A stretch of 63,340 bases of DNA, filler included, from Octopus bimaculoides (GCF_001194135.2; 8 parts of 8 records of this genome joined end to end with filler, not necessarily neighbours in it), one strand, 5' to 3'; positions 24,450-36,979 are shown, numbered from the whole stretch's first letter. Numbers and translations are program-made. The notes: generated by a model from the sequence alone, not told the origin.

Positions 24450-25592
24450 ATAAATATTTGCCATAAAGGCATTACAAAGAGGGGACAAACAAGGACAGAC
24501 AAACATAAAAGGGGTGAAGTAGCTGTATCGATTAAATATTTACAATTTTAAATATACAATAATAATTTCATTATATTTACAATGTTCGATTAAAGCATTG
24601 CTCATTACAGATGCAATTTGTAATGGCTTTCCTGAAGGATAGGCATCCGACCACCAGGGTAGACCCCTTGCCTTTTCTTTCCCTTGTTTTTTGGCTTCCA
24701 CTTACCTGGTGCCAAACACTCCCAGCTTCCTCGCCCGTGACAGATACCTCTTCTCTAGCCTGATCTTACTACTGAGGTGGTAACAAAAAAAGTTAACGAA
24801 CCCCTGGCCAGATACAAAGGTATCCGTCACTATGCCTCTTACACACGTCTTCCATACTGTTTCTTTCAGTATGGCTACTACGCAGGAAAAGCAAGCCTTC
24901 CTTTCCATGTTGAGGGAAGGAGGCGGCACAATCTCAATAATAGATTCTGCTGATAGCTGTTGATGACAACAGTTGTTCTGCGAAAACTATCAGTCTCGTT
25001 AATTCCGGACATTCCATGTTTGCGTGCAAAAGACGGTTTCCCTGATCTGCCCGCAGATCGGACATGTCGGCGATACGGCACTTCCATGCCTTGACAGTTT
25101 ATCATGAACAGGTAACGCCGCACGGAAGCACTGCCAAGCCAGGGATTTCTGGTAATTGTCCAGATACCTCGGCCCGAAAGTTCTCCTGAACAGGTAGGTC
25201 AACTGGTTTTCATCGTAGCCCAGGGTCTCCCCCAAGGCGTCTTCAGACCTAAATCCCACTAACCCGCTATAAAAATCCACGGTGGAACTCCTGTTGCCGG
25301 CATTGCCCGCCCGAGAGAGTAGCTGAAGTGCCTGGTGGCACTCCAATTGCCAGTTCCCCAGCCTAAGTCTCTGCTTGATCCAGTTACCCACGTCCGTTAA
25401 GGACGTTAATTGCAGAAGGTAGAACCGGACGTGCGGTGACCACACCTGCTCTCCATCCAGGTAAAGCCAAAGGTGCCTCAACCGTAACGCGAATTTTCGC
25501 ATCCTCAGCCAAGGCATCCCTAGCCCACCCTTTAGCGGTTTCTGGCAGCAGACAGAGCGCTTCACGAGTGGCTTTCCTCCCTTCCACAAAAA
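24450..25592 (-). mobile_element. Tx1/L1-clade LINE 3' fragment
   Basis: KRSVCCQKPLKGGLGMPWL, AWQCFRAALPVHDKLSRHGSAVSPTCPICGQ (zf-RVT-like); frameshifted; AATAAA end near 24452. Confidence 0.85.
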
Positions 25593-26729
25593 NNNNNNNN
25601 NNNNNNNNNNNNNNNNNNNNNNNNNNNNNNNNNNNNNNNNNNNNNNNNNNNNNNNNNNNNNNNNNNNNNNNNNNNNNNNNNNNNNNNNNNNNNNNNNNNN
25701 NNNNNNNNNNNNNNNNNNNNNNNNNNNNNNNNNNNNNNNNNNNNNNNNNNNNNNNNNNNNNNNNNNNNNNNNNNNNNNNNNNNNNNNNNNNNNNNNNNNN
25801 NNNNNNNNNNNNNNNNNNNNNNNNNNNNNNNNNNNNNNNNNNNNNNNNNNNNNNNNNNNNNNNNNNNNNNNNNNNNNNNNNNNNNNNNNNNNNNNNNNNN
25901 NNNNNNNNNNNNNNNNNNNNNNNNNNNNNNNNNNNNNNNNNNNNNNNNNNNNNNNNNNNNNNNNNNNNNNNNNNNNNNNNNNNNNNNNNNNNNNNNNNNN
26001 NNNNNNNNNNNNNNNNNNNNNNNNNNNNNNNNNNNNNNNNNNNNNNNNNNNNNNNNNNNNNNNNNNNNNNNNNNNNNNNNNNNNNNNNNNNNNNNNNNNN
26101 NNNNNNNNNNNNNNNNNNNNNNNNNNNNNNNNNNNNNNNNNNNNNNNNNNNNNNNNNNNNNNNNNNNNNNNNNNNNNNNNNNNNNNNNNNNNNNNNNNNN
26201 NNNNNNNNNNNNNNNNNNNNNNNNNNNNNNNNNNNNNNNNNNNNNNNNNNNNNNNNNNNNNNNNNNNNNNNNNNNNNNNNNNNNNNNNNNNNNNNNNNNN
26301 NNNNNNNNNNNNNNNNNNNNNNNNNNNNNNNNNNNNNNNNNNNNNNNNNNNNNNNNNNNNNNNNNNNNNNNNNNNNNNNNNNNNNNNNNNNNNNNNNNNN
26401 NNNNNNNNNNNNNNNNNNNNNNNNNNNNNNNNNNNNNNNNNNNNNNNNNNNNNNNNNNNNNNNNNNNNNNNNNNNNNNNNNNNTATAAAAACATATTTCC
26501 TGAAATTGCAAATTATTTAAAATATAAAAATATAATTTTCAACAGAGAGAATTTATCAAAATAGAAAACAAATGAAGTTTGAAGTTTAAAAATAATAGGA
26601 TCGACCACTCACGACTAGCTAGCTCGGACGCGCGAACTTTCGAGTAATAGATAGAGAGAGAGACAGGCAGACAGACATATAGCTCGCTCCGGCCAGTCAT
26701 GGTATTAGCTGTCAGTAGCCAAAGAATCA

Positions 26730-27070
26730 ACAGGCAGACAGACTGTTGTTCAGTGGCATCAGTACATGAGGGACATTACAAGTAATTATCTTTTGCGTAA
26801 CCCCTACCAAATTGGTGGACTTGGGCACATCGTAGAAATAGATGAATCTATGATGTGCAAGCGCAAATACAACGGAGGATAGGATAGAGAGGATAAAAAT
26901 GTGCACCAAAATAGGTTTTTAGTCTCTTTGTACCTGACCGTTCTGAAACTCTTCCAGGGACGACTATATATTCTGATTGTTGGAGTGCGTACAATGTGAT
27001 TACTGAAATTGATGTGACACCAAAATACACCCTGGAAGAACGTAAAACGTTTTAAGAGCAAGATGGGGAA
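26730..27070 (+). mobile_element. Merlin (IS1016/ISXO2-like) transposase relic
   Basis: Unlisted frames: RQTVVQWHQYMRDITSNYLLRNPYQIGGLGHIVEIDESMMCKRKYNGG* and FVPDRSETLPGTTIYSDCWSAYN. Confidence 0.85.
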
Positions 27071-27084
27071 GATTCAACGAAAAA

Positions 27085-27830
27085 AATTATTTACTTTGTT
27101 TAAAACAAAAATATTTACTTGGTTTAAAAAAAAACCCTCATCCATGTTTTGCGTATACACGCACCGGGATCACTCTCCTTGAATAGTACCCGTCATTTCT
27201 AATCCACGTGCGTTTGTTTATGTTTCTGAACAAGATCATCGCATTCCGTAAAAATTTTTTTTTTTTTTTTTTTACTTATGTGGGGAATCAGGGGACTTAA
27301 CTTTTGAAGTCGGCGTAAAGCGAAAGAGAGAGAGAGGAACTTGATGTGTGTGCGTGGTGTGTATGTGAAGTTTTGTTAGTGTGTGTGAAGAGACGAGAGC
27401 AATGGATGTGTGTTGATGGGGTTTGCCAGACAGAAAGTGTGTGTATGTGAAGGTGTTTTGCTGGTGTGTGTGACTGAGGAAATAACTGAATTTTTTTTTT
27501 TATTATTTACTTTTGTAGTGAGTGATTGAAAGAGAAAAAGAGGCGATCTTACGTTCCTCTCTCTCTCTTTCGCTTTACGCCGACTTCAAAAGATAAGTCC
27601 CCTGATTCCCCACATAAGTAAAAACGCATGTGGATTAGAAATGACGTAAAATGTACTCAAACCGAAAACAGCTGTACTATTCAAGAAGATCCTACAACTA
27701 CCTAGCGTGAGTGCGCGTATGCAAATTAATAGATGCGCGCATGTATGGGGTTTTTTTCTAAACAAAGTAAATAATGTTTTGCTACTATTCAAGGAGTGGT
27801 CCCGGTGCGTGCACTAGCACACTCGCGCAA
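27085..27830. repeat. Nested inverted repeat (foldback) structure
   Basis: About 70-bp near-perfect arms 27271-27340 / 27553-27624 plus outer shorter arm pairs. Confidence 0.8.
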
Positions 27831-28974
27831 GCTAGTCGTGACTATACAGTGTGGGTACCCACACACGTGGCCTCGCTTGGTTCAGAGAGGAGGAGCTTAA
27901 TTTAAATTACGAAAATTTTGCTGTTTGGCACAAACAGCAGAGTAGAAAAGAATAAAATATCTGGACATTTTTTTTTAATGCTTAACAATCAATATTCTTT
28001 TCTCTATTGGCTACCAAGTCAATATTTTCGCCATATTGTCTAATTTGAAAATTTTCAGTTTCCAAAGAATGATTTTCTAAACTGGAGAAAAATGAGTTAC
28101 GACGGGATTTAAGCAAAAAATTCGAAAACTTCCAAGTGTTTTTTTTTATCGGAAAAATTATAAAAGAATAGTTTCTTTCTTTGTCGTATTAAGTCCAGTG
28201 TGAAAAACACAAATTCACGAAAATTTTCTGAAAATTCCAAAAAATAAAAAAGTTATGTCGTATCGGCGTGCTTTCTGCGGAGGTCGTGTAGGAGACAGAC
28301 TTGTGCAGGGTGATGAATTCCTTCCCCAAAGACGCATTCCGCTTCTTACTGAAGGTGCCCGATGAAGAACCAGCGAGGTGCTTAAGTGAAGCACGAAGTC
28401 TGGTCGGGCGGTAAAATGTAAGAGGACGAGTGCCTCATATTGAAAGGACTTGTGGCCCATAAAAAGAAAAGTGTAAGAGGCAAGTGCCTCATTTCAAAGA
28501 CATGATAAATTGAAATTGTAAAGTAAGAGGTTTATAGCCTCATATTGTAAATTTACGTATAAATTTATAAAAGAGCAATGATCTAGAGAAGCAGAGTTCG
28601 GTGGGCGGCTCCTGTCTTCTTCCATTAATACCATTTTAATCATCATTCATCTCATCTCATTAATGTGTTTGTCCAACCCGTAGCTACTTCTCTGTGTACT
28701 GCCTTGATGGCAAATTGAATGAAATAAAGCAGATTTCCGCCGAAACATTTTTCTCTAAGGTACTACAAACTGAGATCAACCCCGAAAGCACGTGTTGCAA
28801 AATGACACACGAGGATTTAAAGTACCCATATAACACCTCATAACATTTTTTTTTATTTTGGGGAATTTGTGAATTTGTGTTCAACATACAAGAATTCATA
28901 CAGAAAATAAAAAAGTTGTGACGGGTGCATAAAGGACAAAACTTAAATAGTTCGGTGTTAATATATTGATTTTG

Positions 28975-29135
28975 AATTTTGGCACAAAGGCCAGCAAGTT
29001 CGGAGAAATGGTAAGTCGACCCCGGTACTTATTTTATCGACTCCAAAAGAATGAAAGGCAAAGTTGATCTCGGCGGAATTTGCTTTCGGAGCGTGGAAGC
29101 CAAACGCAATGCCCGCCATGCTTAACGATTCTGCC
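28975..29135 (-). mobile_element. SINE family D, deleted
   Basis: Module match. Confidence 0.7.
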
Positions 29136-29391
29136 ATATTATTAACAAAGTGTAATCAGCTTACCATAAGTTGCGGGAAAGACACTAGTATTCGGAAATC
29201 AAAATAAATTGGTGCTTCAATACCACTTTTCAGAGTAAAATTCCCGAACTTGACACATCCTATATCGAATAACTTCACAATAAGATCCATTGCACTGGAC
29301 GAAGAAAATGACTACAAATAAGTTATTTCCCCCTGTTCAGGTTTGGAAGTTCTTTTTTCATTTTACTTGTTTCAGTTATTTGACTGCGATC

Positions 29392-29491
29392 NNNNNNNNN
29401 NNNNNNNNNNNNNNNNNNNNNNNNNNNNNNNNNNNTTAATTAATTAANNNNNNNNNNNNNNNNNNNNNNNNNNNNNNNNNNNNNNNNNNNN
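29392..29491. other. Artificial scaffold join
   Basis: 44 N + TTAATTAATTAA + 44 N. Confidence 0.95.
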
Positions 29492-29850
29492 AAAACAATA
29501 CCTATTGTCATAGGTGCCCTGGGAATGACAGCGAAACGGGCTGATTACTACCTAGCTCAGATACCAGGAAACCCCAAAATGGCTGAAGTCCAAAAGATAG
29601 TGCTCATGGGAACTGCCCATATCCTACGTAAAATACTGTCTATGTGATCTCAAATTTTAAAGCAAACACATAATTTTCTTATGGTTTCTTAAACATTCAC
29701 TTGAACAAAACTGTACAAATCCAAATATATGGTACCCTAGGCATAACACCTACATGAACTTCTAACTTGTTGTCTCTTGAGGTCTCTGGGTGAGACTTGG
29801 ATCCAACTTGTACAAATGCAAAACAAAAGTCAAACATAAAATAATAATAA
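29492..29850 (+). mobile_element. R4/Dong-clade LINE 3' end and UTR
   Basis: KTIPIVIGALGMTAKRADYYLAQIPGNPKMAEVQKIVLMGTAHILRKILSM*, followed by (TAA)n. Confidence 0.8.
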
Positions 29851-29882
29851 TAATGATAATAACAACAACAATAACAACAACA

Positions 29883-30250
29883 GCACTCAGAGAGTGCAAA
29901 GCTCCACCAAGGCAACACCAATGTCCTCTCAACAATTAACCAGAGATGATTTTTAAAATGAGAATATCTGAAATAAACTCGACTGCTCTCACAAACAAGA
30001 ATGCTAAAAATGAACCTGACTGCTCTCAAAAATTAAGTAAAAGAAGAGGAAAAAATAATCCAGAATCCTTGTCCGGTACCAGATCGATCCCAAAATCTAA
30101 TCAGTTTGTGCTACTCAGAAGGCCAAACATCCCTGAAAGTTTCATCCGAATCCATCCAGCAGTTCTTGAGATATTTTGTCCATGGACAAACAAACAAACA
30201 AACAAACATGACTGAAAACAATAGCTCTGCCTTTGCAAAGGCTGAGGTAA
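29883..30250 (-). mobile_element. Non-autonomous element, Helentron/HINE-like
   Basis: Subterminal hairpin CTCAGCCTTTGCAAAGGCAGAG, (GTTT)n, end GCCTTGGTGGAG..TCTCTGAGTGCT; second copy at 56612-56932. Confidence 0.5.
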
Positions 30251-30454
30251 TAAGGGTTTCATTTATTTGCCACAAATATGTCTACCTCTGTGTTGTCCCC
30301 CTCATCCTTCGATGAGGGGCACAATACAGAGGTAGACATAAAGTGTGGGGGTTGATAAATAATAATTAAGATTTAAACACAGGTATCAATTTAATTAAAT
30401 TTTTTTCATATGTTTATAACCTCATTATATAAGAAATTTTAATTATTATTATTA

Positions 30455-31489
30455 GGACTGACAAATTGTTATGGTTTAGTGACAGTCATTCTCCAGTTCT
30501 TTGCAGTCTGAGTTCAAATCCTACCAAAGTCAACTTTGTCCTTCCTCCCTCTGGGGTCCATAAAATAATATACCTGCCAAATATTGGGGAAGGTGGGATG
30601 GTTTCAACTCAAACCCTTCTCTCAAAATTGCTGACATTGTGCCTATATCAGTTAGCATTATTGAACAGTAATGAGCTGGCAGTCATTAGATTGGTGGTAA
30701 AATATTTTTCTAAATTTGCTGGCCTTGTGCTAAAATTTGAAACCGTTATTATTATTATAAGACTGCAGTCTGGTTGAATTGTTGGCACAGTGGCAAAATG
30801 CTTTGTGCTATTATTCTGACCAACTTCTCATCCTTTCGGGTATTTTGTTGGTCTTTACATTCTGAGTTCAAATTCTGCTGAGGTCGACTTTGCCTTTCGT
30901 CCTTTCGGGGTCAATAAATTAAGTACCAGTTGCATACTGGGCCTTGTGCCTAGAATAAAAAAGAATATTATTATTATTAAAAAGGTTGTGAGATGGCAGA
31001 AACCTTAGCACAGCAGGCAAATACTTGGTGACATTTTGCCTGTCTTTATATTATGAGTTCAGTTTCTACCAAGGTCGACCTTGCCTTTCATTCTTTCGAG
31101 GTTGGTAAAACAGGTACCAGTTGAGTACTGGGGTCAGCAAAATTCACTTTTCCCCTCCCCTGAAATTGCTGGCCTTGTGCCAAAATGTGAAAGCAATATT
31201 GTTATCATTAAGAAGGTTGTGAGCTGGCAGAAGCATTAGCATGTTGGGCCAATTGCATAGTGGCATTTTGTCCGTCTTTAAATTCTGAGTTCAAATTCCA
31301 CTGAAGTTGACTTTCACTCTTATCCTTTTGTGGTCGATAAAATAAATACCAGTTAATTACTGGGGTCGTTGTAATAGCCTTAGTACCTCTCCTGGAATAG
31401 CTGACCTCGTGCCAAAACTTGAAACCAAAATTATTATTAAGAAGCTGTTGATTGGAGAAATGGTGAAAGGACCAAGAAAATATATGCAG

Positions 31490-31564
<75 letters not shown>

Positions 31565-31720
31565 ATATGATGCTGGGTGATGGAGAGAATATTATGCCAG
31601 AGTGGACAGAGGCTGACAAAATACGGTCTTTTATTCTATCCCTTGGCATTTTAAGATCAATTCCCACCAAGGGTGACTTTGGTATTTATCCTTTCTAATT
31701 TAATAAAATAAATACCAGAA
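30455..31720 (+). mobile_element. Head-to-tail cluster of about six SINE D copies
   Basis: Units start near 30455, 30670, 30760, 30981, 31210 and 31439; most junctions are short (ATT)n. Confidence 0.8.
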
Positions 31721-32470
31721 CACACCGTTACAAGTTTGTATAACCAACTCCATTCTATCGGATTCATAGACCTCTGCCTACGTTGTCTGCTGTTTCTGGC
31801 TGGAATCACCTTGGTCATTGTAGAAATGACTTTTGTCTGTAAATTTCACGAATTTTTAATGTAATTTTTGCCCTAAAAGGGATTTGCAATCATTATTTTT
31901 GTGGTTGGTTTATGCAGAGGAATCAAGTTGCAGTATTACCATTTGAATTTTCCTTTCATGGCGGCCCCTACGGAGTCGTATCCTTTTTAAAGCACTTTCC
32001 TTTCTTTTCTTTCCTTCTTTCCTTTCTTTTCTTTCCTTCTTTCCTTTCTTTTCTTTCCTTCTTTCCTTTCTTTTCTTTCCTTCTTTCCTTTCTTTCCTTT
32101 TTTTTTTTAGAATTCCTATTTTCATCATTTAACTTTTATGATCTCCAGGAAAATATGACTACCACAAATTCCCTTCTCTCTGTCCTCATTAAATAGCATC
32201 CATCATGCCATCATCATCATCATCATAATTATCAACAGTATTGCAATTATTCTCCTCCTCCTCCTCCTTCCATTTGCATCAGTAACATTATCTTCGTCAC
32301 CACCACCACCACCACCACCACCACCATCATCATCACCACCACCATCATTGTTGACATCGATAAAAAGTACCAGTCAAGTACCGAGGTGCAAGGGTAGTCA
32401 ATCTAATTGACTAACCTCCTCTCCTTAAAATTGCTGGCCTTGTGCAAAAATTTGAAACCATTATTACACA

Positions 32471-32513
<43 letters not shown>

Positions 32514-32754
32514 TGTAATATTCATCATCATCATCATTGCAAGGGTTGTCATCCTGTCTCTTGTTACTCAGGTTATTCCACCTCATTTATCTGGTTAATT
32601 TCTTTGTAGAACAGGATGAATGCCTCAACCTCTCAGTGTTTTTGACTCTCCTATTACACACCCATTACACACACACTCACACACACACAACCACTGGTAT
32701 ATGTATTCACCACCACCACCACCACTACTAATAATAATAATAATCCTTTTTACT

Positions 32755-32956
32755 GTAGGCACAAGGCCTGGGATTTTGGGGGAGGGGTTAAGTCGATTAC
32801 ATCGACCCCAGTACTCAACTGGTACTTAATTTATCGACCCCATAGGGATGAAAGGCAAAGTCGACCTCGGTGGAATTTGAACTCAGAATGCAAAGATGGA
32901 TGAAGCGCCACTAAGCATTTTGCGCAGCATGCTAACAATTCTGCCAGCTTTCTGCC

Positions 32957-32960
<4 letters not shown>
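32755..32960 (-). mobile_element. SINE family D, well preserved
   Basis: Complete unit between (AAT)n runs. Confidence 0.85.
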
Positions 32961-33026
<66 letters not shown>

Positions 33027-33049
33027 TTATAATAATGGTTTTAAATTTC

Positions 33050-33235
33050 AGCATAAGGCCAGCAATGTGGAGGAGGGGGAGAGGTCAATTACATCGACCC
33101 CAGTACTCGACTGGTGCTGATTTTATTGACCCCTCAAAAGGTTGAAAGGCAAAACAGACCTTAGCTGGATTTGAACTCAGAATGTAAAGTTGGAGAAAAT
33201 AATGCTCAATGATTCTGTGAGTTTGTTACCTTAAC
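33050..33235 (-). mobile_element. SINE family D
   Basis: Tandem to the previous copy across (AAT)n. Confidence 0.75.
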
Positions 33236-33611
33236 AACAACGACAACAACAACAACAGCAACAACAACAACAAATGCAACAACAGCAACAACAACAACAG
33301 TAACAACAACAATGATAACATGTGTGAAAGCATTCTCATTATAAAGTGTATATATGTGTGTGTGTGTGTAAGTGTATGTATGATTGCATGTGTTAATTTG
33401 CTTATAAGTATATGTGTGTGTATAAGAACATACTTGTGATTGTGTGTGTGTGTATATTTATAAGGATGTTTGTGTGATTGTGTATATGTGTGTGCGTGTG
33501 TATGTGCTTACCTTTGTGATAGTGTGTGTATTTACCTGTGTTATTTTGTGTGTGAATTTGTGTGTAAGTATACTTGTGGTTGTGTGTGTGTGTTTATGAG
33601 CATACCTATAA

Positions 33612-33659
<48 letters not shown>

Positions 33660-34449
33660 CCATGTGACTCTGTGTGTGTATGTATATATGTATATACATA
33701 TGTGCATATCTGTGTGACTCTGTGTATGGATGTGTGTGTGTTTGTGTGTGTATGTGTATGTGTGTATACACGAGTGACTGTGTGTGTACGTATGAGTGTA
33801 TGAGAGAAAACCTGTGATTGTATGCATTTATGTATGTGTGTGTGTGTGTGTGAAAGAAACCCACGTGACTTCTATGTGTGTGTGTGTGTGTGTATGTTAG
33901 GATACTTGTGTAGGTGTCTGTGACAGTATGTGTGTGTGTGTATGTGAGTTAGTATGTGAGTGTATGTATGTGTATATGAATGTGTGTGTGTGCTAGAAAC
34001 CCACGTGACCTGTGCGTGTGTGTGTGTGTATGTCTAGGTGTCTGTGACAGTGTGTCTGTGTGTGGAAGGCAATGTTTATGACAAAATATTAACATACAGT
34101 GGACACTACTGTATGTGTGTGTGTGTGTGTGTGTGTCTCTCTCTCTCTCTCTCTTTCTTTCTCTCTCCCTCTCTCTTCATCTCTCTGCATCTTGCCCTCT
34201 CTTATCTCTCTTTCTCTCTCTGTCATTTAATCACTCCCTCACTCTGTAGCTTTCTTTTTGACTGTCTCTTCCTCTCTCTTTTCATCTTTCTCTCTCTCTC
34301 TTTCTGTGTATTGCTTCTTCTCTCTTGCTCCCTCTCTATTCCTCTCTTTGCATCTCTCTCTCTCTCTCTCTTTCTTTCTCTCTCCTTTTGTAATTGTAGT
34401 AACTGTTGCATAATTCTATCCTCTAATCTACACCAGTGGTGCACTTTCA

Positions 34450-34527
<78 letters not shown>

Positions 34528-34641
34528 CTTAAATGTACACAAAATAATGCAGAAATAATTACACATACAGACATAACACATGCACATACACAAACACACA
34601 ACTGAATACAAACACACAACTGAATACAAACACACATAGAA

Positions 34642-34673
<32 letters not shown>

Positions 34674-35129
34674 ACAAACTCACATGTGTAAACATACAAA
34701 CACAAATGCTTACATACACACAATCACACAAACAAGCACACACACACACACACACACATAAATACACACACATACACACACACCAGATTTGAAATAGCTA
34801 AACTCATTCACAGAAACGAATTTCATAGAAGCATATTCTTCAACCACCACCACCACCACTTCTACTATTACAGCAATTATGTCTGATGATGAGGGAATCA
34901 GCAAACATATTAGAGAGGTACTGCTATAGTACCACTGCACTGTACTGGTGTAGCACTTGGTACTCTGCTCCACTGTAGTATTGCAGCACTGCACTATTGT
35001 GGTACTACTGCACTATCTCTGATATTTTACTGATGTAATATTTGAACTTTGAACATAGAACTCAATAACATAAGCCATTTGGTGCCAAAGCATTTCTACT
35101 GCCATGCTGCTCTTTCTCTCTCTCTCTGG

Positions 35130-35575
35130 CTGTGCAACCATGTACCTCTTCTTCACCTAGATATCTGTTTCTGCCTCTCTGTCTCTCTAGCACACTCTGA
35201 CCTTTCATCATCTGACACGAGATCACCTCCTCCAATGCCCTCCGCCCCACACACTTCAAAGATTCCTTTTCTTGCAAGTTACTTGGTGACCCTGCTGTTG
35301 CTGGTGCCCCGTAACAAGCATCCAGCCCACACTGTAAAATTATTGGCATTTAGCTGTAAGAGCCATGCCAAAACTGACCTCGCCAGTGTTGGTGCCACAT
35401 AAAAAGATCTCACTCCACTTTGCAGGGTGGTTGGTGTTAGGAAGGGGCATCCAGCCATAGAAGCCCTGCCAGAACAGACACAGAAGTCTGGTGCAGTCTT
35501 CAGCCTGGCCACCTCCTGCCAAACCATCCAACCCATACCAGCATGGAAGGCGGACATTAAATGACGATGATGATG
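35130..35575 (+). mobile_element. SINE family E with RTE-like ends
   Basis: Repeated GCTGGTGCC module, GGTTGGTGTTAGGAAGGGGCATCCAGCC, tail GGACATTAAATGACGATGATGATG. Confidence 0.65.
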
Positions 35576-35741
35576 CTCTTTCGAGTACCCTCTCACCTGT
35601 AGCCTGTCACCTATTATAAATATACACTCACTACCTACATAGCAGTGATTCCCACTAGTGGGGCATGGGAAGATTGTGGTAGGATGTGGGGTCCAAAATT
35701 TGTTTTTCTTTTGCTTTTTGTGGGACATGAAATTCTCTTAT

Positions 35742-35951
35742 TCTTTTGTTTCAGTCATCTGACTGCAGCCATGCTGGAGCACTGCCTTAAAGGGTTTTAA
35801 TTGAACAAATTGACCCCAGGTCTTAGTAAATTTTTTTAAAGCCTAGTACAAATTTTATTGGTCACTTTTGCTGAACTGCTAAGTTACAGGAATGTAAACA
35901 CACCAATACCGGTTATCAAGCAGTGATGGGGGGACAAACACAGGCAAAAAG

Positions 35952-36000
<49 letters not shown>

Positions 36001-36392
36001 GGCCATTGCTACTCCAGACTGATGATGGGCAAAGACTCAGAAACATGTCTCTGGATGCAGGCTTAGCTAAGTGGAGGTGCTTGTCTCCCCCTTGTAAACA
36101 TAAGGACACAGGAAATGTGTCAAGGCCGACAGGGAGCGGTGCTGCTTCCTAGGGCTAAATAGCAGTAGTATTATTTTCTTCATGAGACTGTCACATTAAG
36201 TTGGCAGCATACAACTACTTTATATGTATATATACAATGGGCTTCTTTCAGTTTCCATCTACCAAATCCACTCACAAGGCTTTGGTTGACCTGGGCCATA
36301 GTAGGAGCCACTTGCCCAAGGTGCCACACAGTGGGACTGAACCTGGAACCATGTGGTTGGGAAGCAAGCTCCTTACCACACAGCCACACCTG
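35742..36392 (-). mobile_element. SINE family A with a ~220-bp insertion in its microsatellite
   Basis: Tail module 35742-35950, (CA)n, foreign segment ~35997-36215, head module 36230-36392. Confidence 0.85.
36000..36064 (+). ncRNA. Type I hammerhead ribozyme
   Basis: Stem I TCCAGA 36013-18 / TCTGGA 36050-55; core CTGATGA 36019-25; stem II TGGG-CAAAGA-CTCA; GAAA 36040-43; C-AT-GTC, predicted cleavage after C36049; stem I continues past a TAC/T internal loop. Confidence 0.8.
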
Positions 36393-36946
36393 TGAAAATC
36401 TCTTCTTCACAACAAACATACTATAACCTGTACTTAGCCAGACCAATCCCTCCAGCCAAGCATATTATGTGAAGACTGTTTGCTACAGTCTAGCGCTATT
36501 CTAATGTTCTTGTGGGGGATATTTCTTAAAGAAAAGTATGTAATTATGAAATATTCAAAATAAAGTTGGGTTTTTTTTTTCCCTCAATCACCAGTGAGGT
36601 ATATGGTCGTGTGGAAGGTTATCATGGGGCCTGGGGGGAAATAGGTTGGGAAACACTGCTATATAGTCTTTAGCATTTTATTTTTAAAAATTATATTTTG
36701 TTTACAGCCACCCCTTCTAGGCCATATACTCTCTGAATTTAACCTAAATCTGTTGGATGAAAAGAAATTTCCATTCTCTGAGACAAAAAAGGTCAGCACC
36801 ACTTCTCAACCATGAAAAAAGAAATCATGTTAAGATTTCTGCTCTCCCTGCAGCTGACATAGTTCAGAAAGTTTACTAGTAACAAATCTAATATCATCGC
36901 TTCTGGTACCACCATCAAATATATAAGTGTGTTATGTATTTATATT

Positions 36947-36979
<33 letters not shown>

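Noticed and set aside
30455-31720. CRISPR-like array
   Set aside because: Units are ~230-bp diverged SINEs without a repeat-spacer structure.
34878-34915. CTGATGA-TGA/TCA-GCAAAC motif, also a possible mini-exon
   Set aside because: GAAA interrupted, no stem I, and weak splice signals.
36120-36170. Partial resemblance to pistol, twister or HDV-like ribozymes in the cassette
   Set aside because: Required pseudoknot pairings could not be built.
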